Part shown: piece after piece, positions 61,921 through 64,000 of the stretch
How positions within the stretch are numbered: position 1 is the stretch's first letter
Layout: every line of letters begins with the position of its first letter
Source of the DNA: Dicyema japonicum
Lineage: Eukaryota; Animalia; Dicyemida
Length of the DNA: 64,000 bases
Assembly (NCBI GenBank): GCA_011109175.1
Contig: RDEW01000017.1
Coordinates: forward strand, 906,671-970,670
Direction of reading: 5' to 3'
Notes under the pieces: generated by a model
What the model saw: only the letters and a program-made list of their open reading frames with translations
Told to the model about the DNA's origin: nothing
Databases searched by the model: none
Translations under genes and position numbers: made by a program

Positions 61921-62696
61921 CTTGATTTTGTGCTTTTCAATAAATTTTTTAAATCTTACTTTTTAAAACTTTGTGATTTTTTAATATATTGGTGAAGTCA
62001 GCCACGTGGTTAAAAAGTTGAACTGGTTACTTGCCTCTTACACAAAATGTCTGCTTAGCTTCATGGTGGATGAAGGCCCTTGTATTGGTTCTTGTCATGA
62101 GCGTGCACAAGGTACGGAATCACTAAGCTCTGAATTATGAAAGTGTAGATGCACGTGGATTTGGCTTCGAATCTGTCCGGCCTAAAGAACTTGGGGGATC
62201 ATTACATGGGATGGAATTGGCTCTTAGTCCTCGGTAGTTAACATCCCCATAGGGTGAGGGAGATTCTCAACGATTCAGACCAGCCAATTGGAATTACCAG
62301 GCATAGGTTAAGCAGGTACGACCGTATTTTCCAAGCAGAACTCGAATAGCCGTTTCCTAGGCGATTATTATTCAACTCTAAGAGCACAAGGAAGGTGTCG
62401 GCTCTAAAATTCTTAGTATTTTCGGTAGGCCGTTATTCTCTTAGGATGATTGAATTATATTTGTTTTAGATCATTATCAACTGAGTGGTCCCATGTAGAC
62501 AAGGGGGAGGTCGAAACCGGCGGGGACGGCCATTATGAACCGCTCTCCATAACTGGTTCAGAGAGTCTTTGTGTATTTTGGATTAAAATTAAGTAATTTA
62601 AAATATATTTAAATATTTTAGTTTTATATTTATTAAATGTTTTATTTATGGTTAACCTAAATAAAATAATAAAATTTTATAAAAACTATTTACAAA

Positions 62697-62966
62697 ATGA
62701 GTCTCAAGGTTTTACTGATTTTGTTCTCTCTGTTGGTTGTTAATAAAATAAGTAAATTAAATATAACATTAGAATGCGTTAATCTCGAAAATCTTGATGT
62801 TGGAGATTCGAGCATGGAAAATGATGGCAGTGAAGATGTTGATGTTGAAGACGATGAAATCGTAGAGGATAATGAAGCTGATGAGGATGATGAGGACGAC
62901 GGAGATGATGAGGATGATAATGATGAAGACGATGAAGGTGAAGATGATCAAGAATACCAAACTTAA
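62697..62966 (+). CDS. Secreted Asp/Glu-rich microprotein, copy C (divergent)
   Basis: MSLKVLLILFSLLVVNK, 21-nt intron at 62752-62772, D/E-rich tail. Confidence 0.72.
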   Translation: MSLKVLLILFSLLVVNKISKLNITLECVNLENLDVGDSSMENDGSEDVDVEDDEIVEDNEADEDDEDDGDDEDDNDEDDEGEDDQEYQT

Positions 62967-64000
62967 TTCTAATATTCACTTTAGTTCTAACATGGGTTGT
63001 TTGGGTTGTTTAAGCTAAAGTCATCTTAAAACCTAAAAGTACACTTAACGCTAGAAATAAGTCATTCGTGGTTGCATTCTCCCCGAATATCCCAAAACTT
63101 TCTCGAGGCTTAATGGAATCGACACGTGTTAGGTAATTGATAATTAGTGTTATATTTCCGCGGGAATTGTCTGAGTAAAAAATATTAATTTTATTGATTA
63201 TAGCTTACGCAGATGTTCATTATGGCCAATTAACATTTAATTAATATCGGAAAATGTTGTTCAGACATGAGCCAGAGAGTGGAATAATTAGTGCTGGATT
63301 GTCATGAACAGTGCGATAATTAGAAAATAAAGCCTGATTAACCATTTTTGGATTTTATTTGATCTCCCAATTTGTCAATCGGCGGAAGGTTGAGGTGGTG
63401 ACCAACAAGATGTTTATTAGTTTCAAATGGATGAGCCCCTGTCTACTTTCTTATGAGTTTGGACGAGGTGACGGATTCGGGAGACATAGGAAACCCAAAG
63501 TTCACCCTCCAAGAGAGACTACAACTTGGAACGATGTTCCTCCCTCGAGCTCACGCAAGCACGCATCTCACGTATTAAGGATCCAGAGGCATTGGGGACT
63601 GGGACTTACTACAAAAAATTTACACATAACAATAAAAAAATATTACTAGTCATTGATTATTGTTATGATAAATTCAGTCCGAGCCAGAAATGGGGAAATT
63701 TCCCAATTTTGAGGTTTTCCCAAAAATGAATGTCATTTTAAAAAAGCTTAATAAAAATGTGGAAAATGATTATTTAATAAGGCCTTTTCAAAGCAATTTT
63801 GTATTTCTGATTAAAAATTGTCACACCAATTTTCCCCATTTGGGAGTTTATTAGTAAGAAAATTTAATTATTAGTAATAATGAACGTACTATGATTGTTG
63901 GGTAAAAGTACTATTGCACAGAAAATTTTTTTTATGCAAAAAAATTTCCAGAGTTTGTTATCGACGGAGAGGGGAATTTACTTTGTTCCAATTGTTCGAC

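Overview
AT-rich animal genomic DNA, not prokaryotic. Host genes are cut by GT-AG introns of about 21-30 nt. They include a TGF-beta ligand (metazoan) and the ciliary genes rootletin and TBATA, so I infer a ciliated, compact-genome animal such as a dicyemid-like mesozoan; this is unverified. Recognisable host genes are EXD3/mut-7, TBATA, SOAT1, rootletin, a multi-SH3 protein, AMD1, an atypical TGF-beta ligand, BDP1 and a secreted Cys-repeat protein. Between them lies much mobile DNA: Ingi/Vingi-like APE-RT LINEs, RTE and other RT fragments, five CRE-type endonuclease fragments, a MULE nested in a LINE, a Merlin-like relic and an intact Tc1/IS630 transposase. The best candidates for undescribed biology are: (1) a Vingi-like LINE whose 5' end stacks an HDV-ribozyme-like fold, a leader ORF and a 2A StopGo motif, with a covarying 3' stem-loop and, in one copy, a ~100-bp flanking duplication; (2) a dispersed family of secreted Asp/Glu-rich microproteins with a fixed-position GGTTAACC motif and in-frame micro-introns; (3) orphan 5S-like and 18S/ITS1 fragments next to mobile elements. 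All family assignments come from recalled motifs; no searches were run. Boundaries of spliced genes are approximate, and some frameshifts may be assembly errors.
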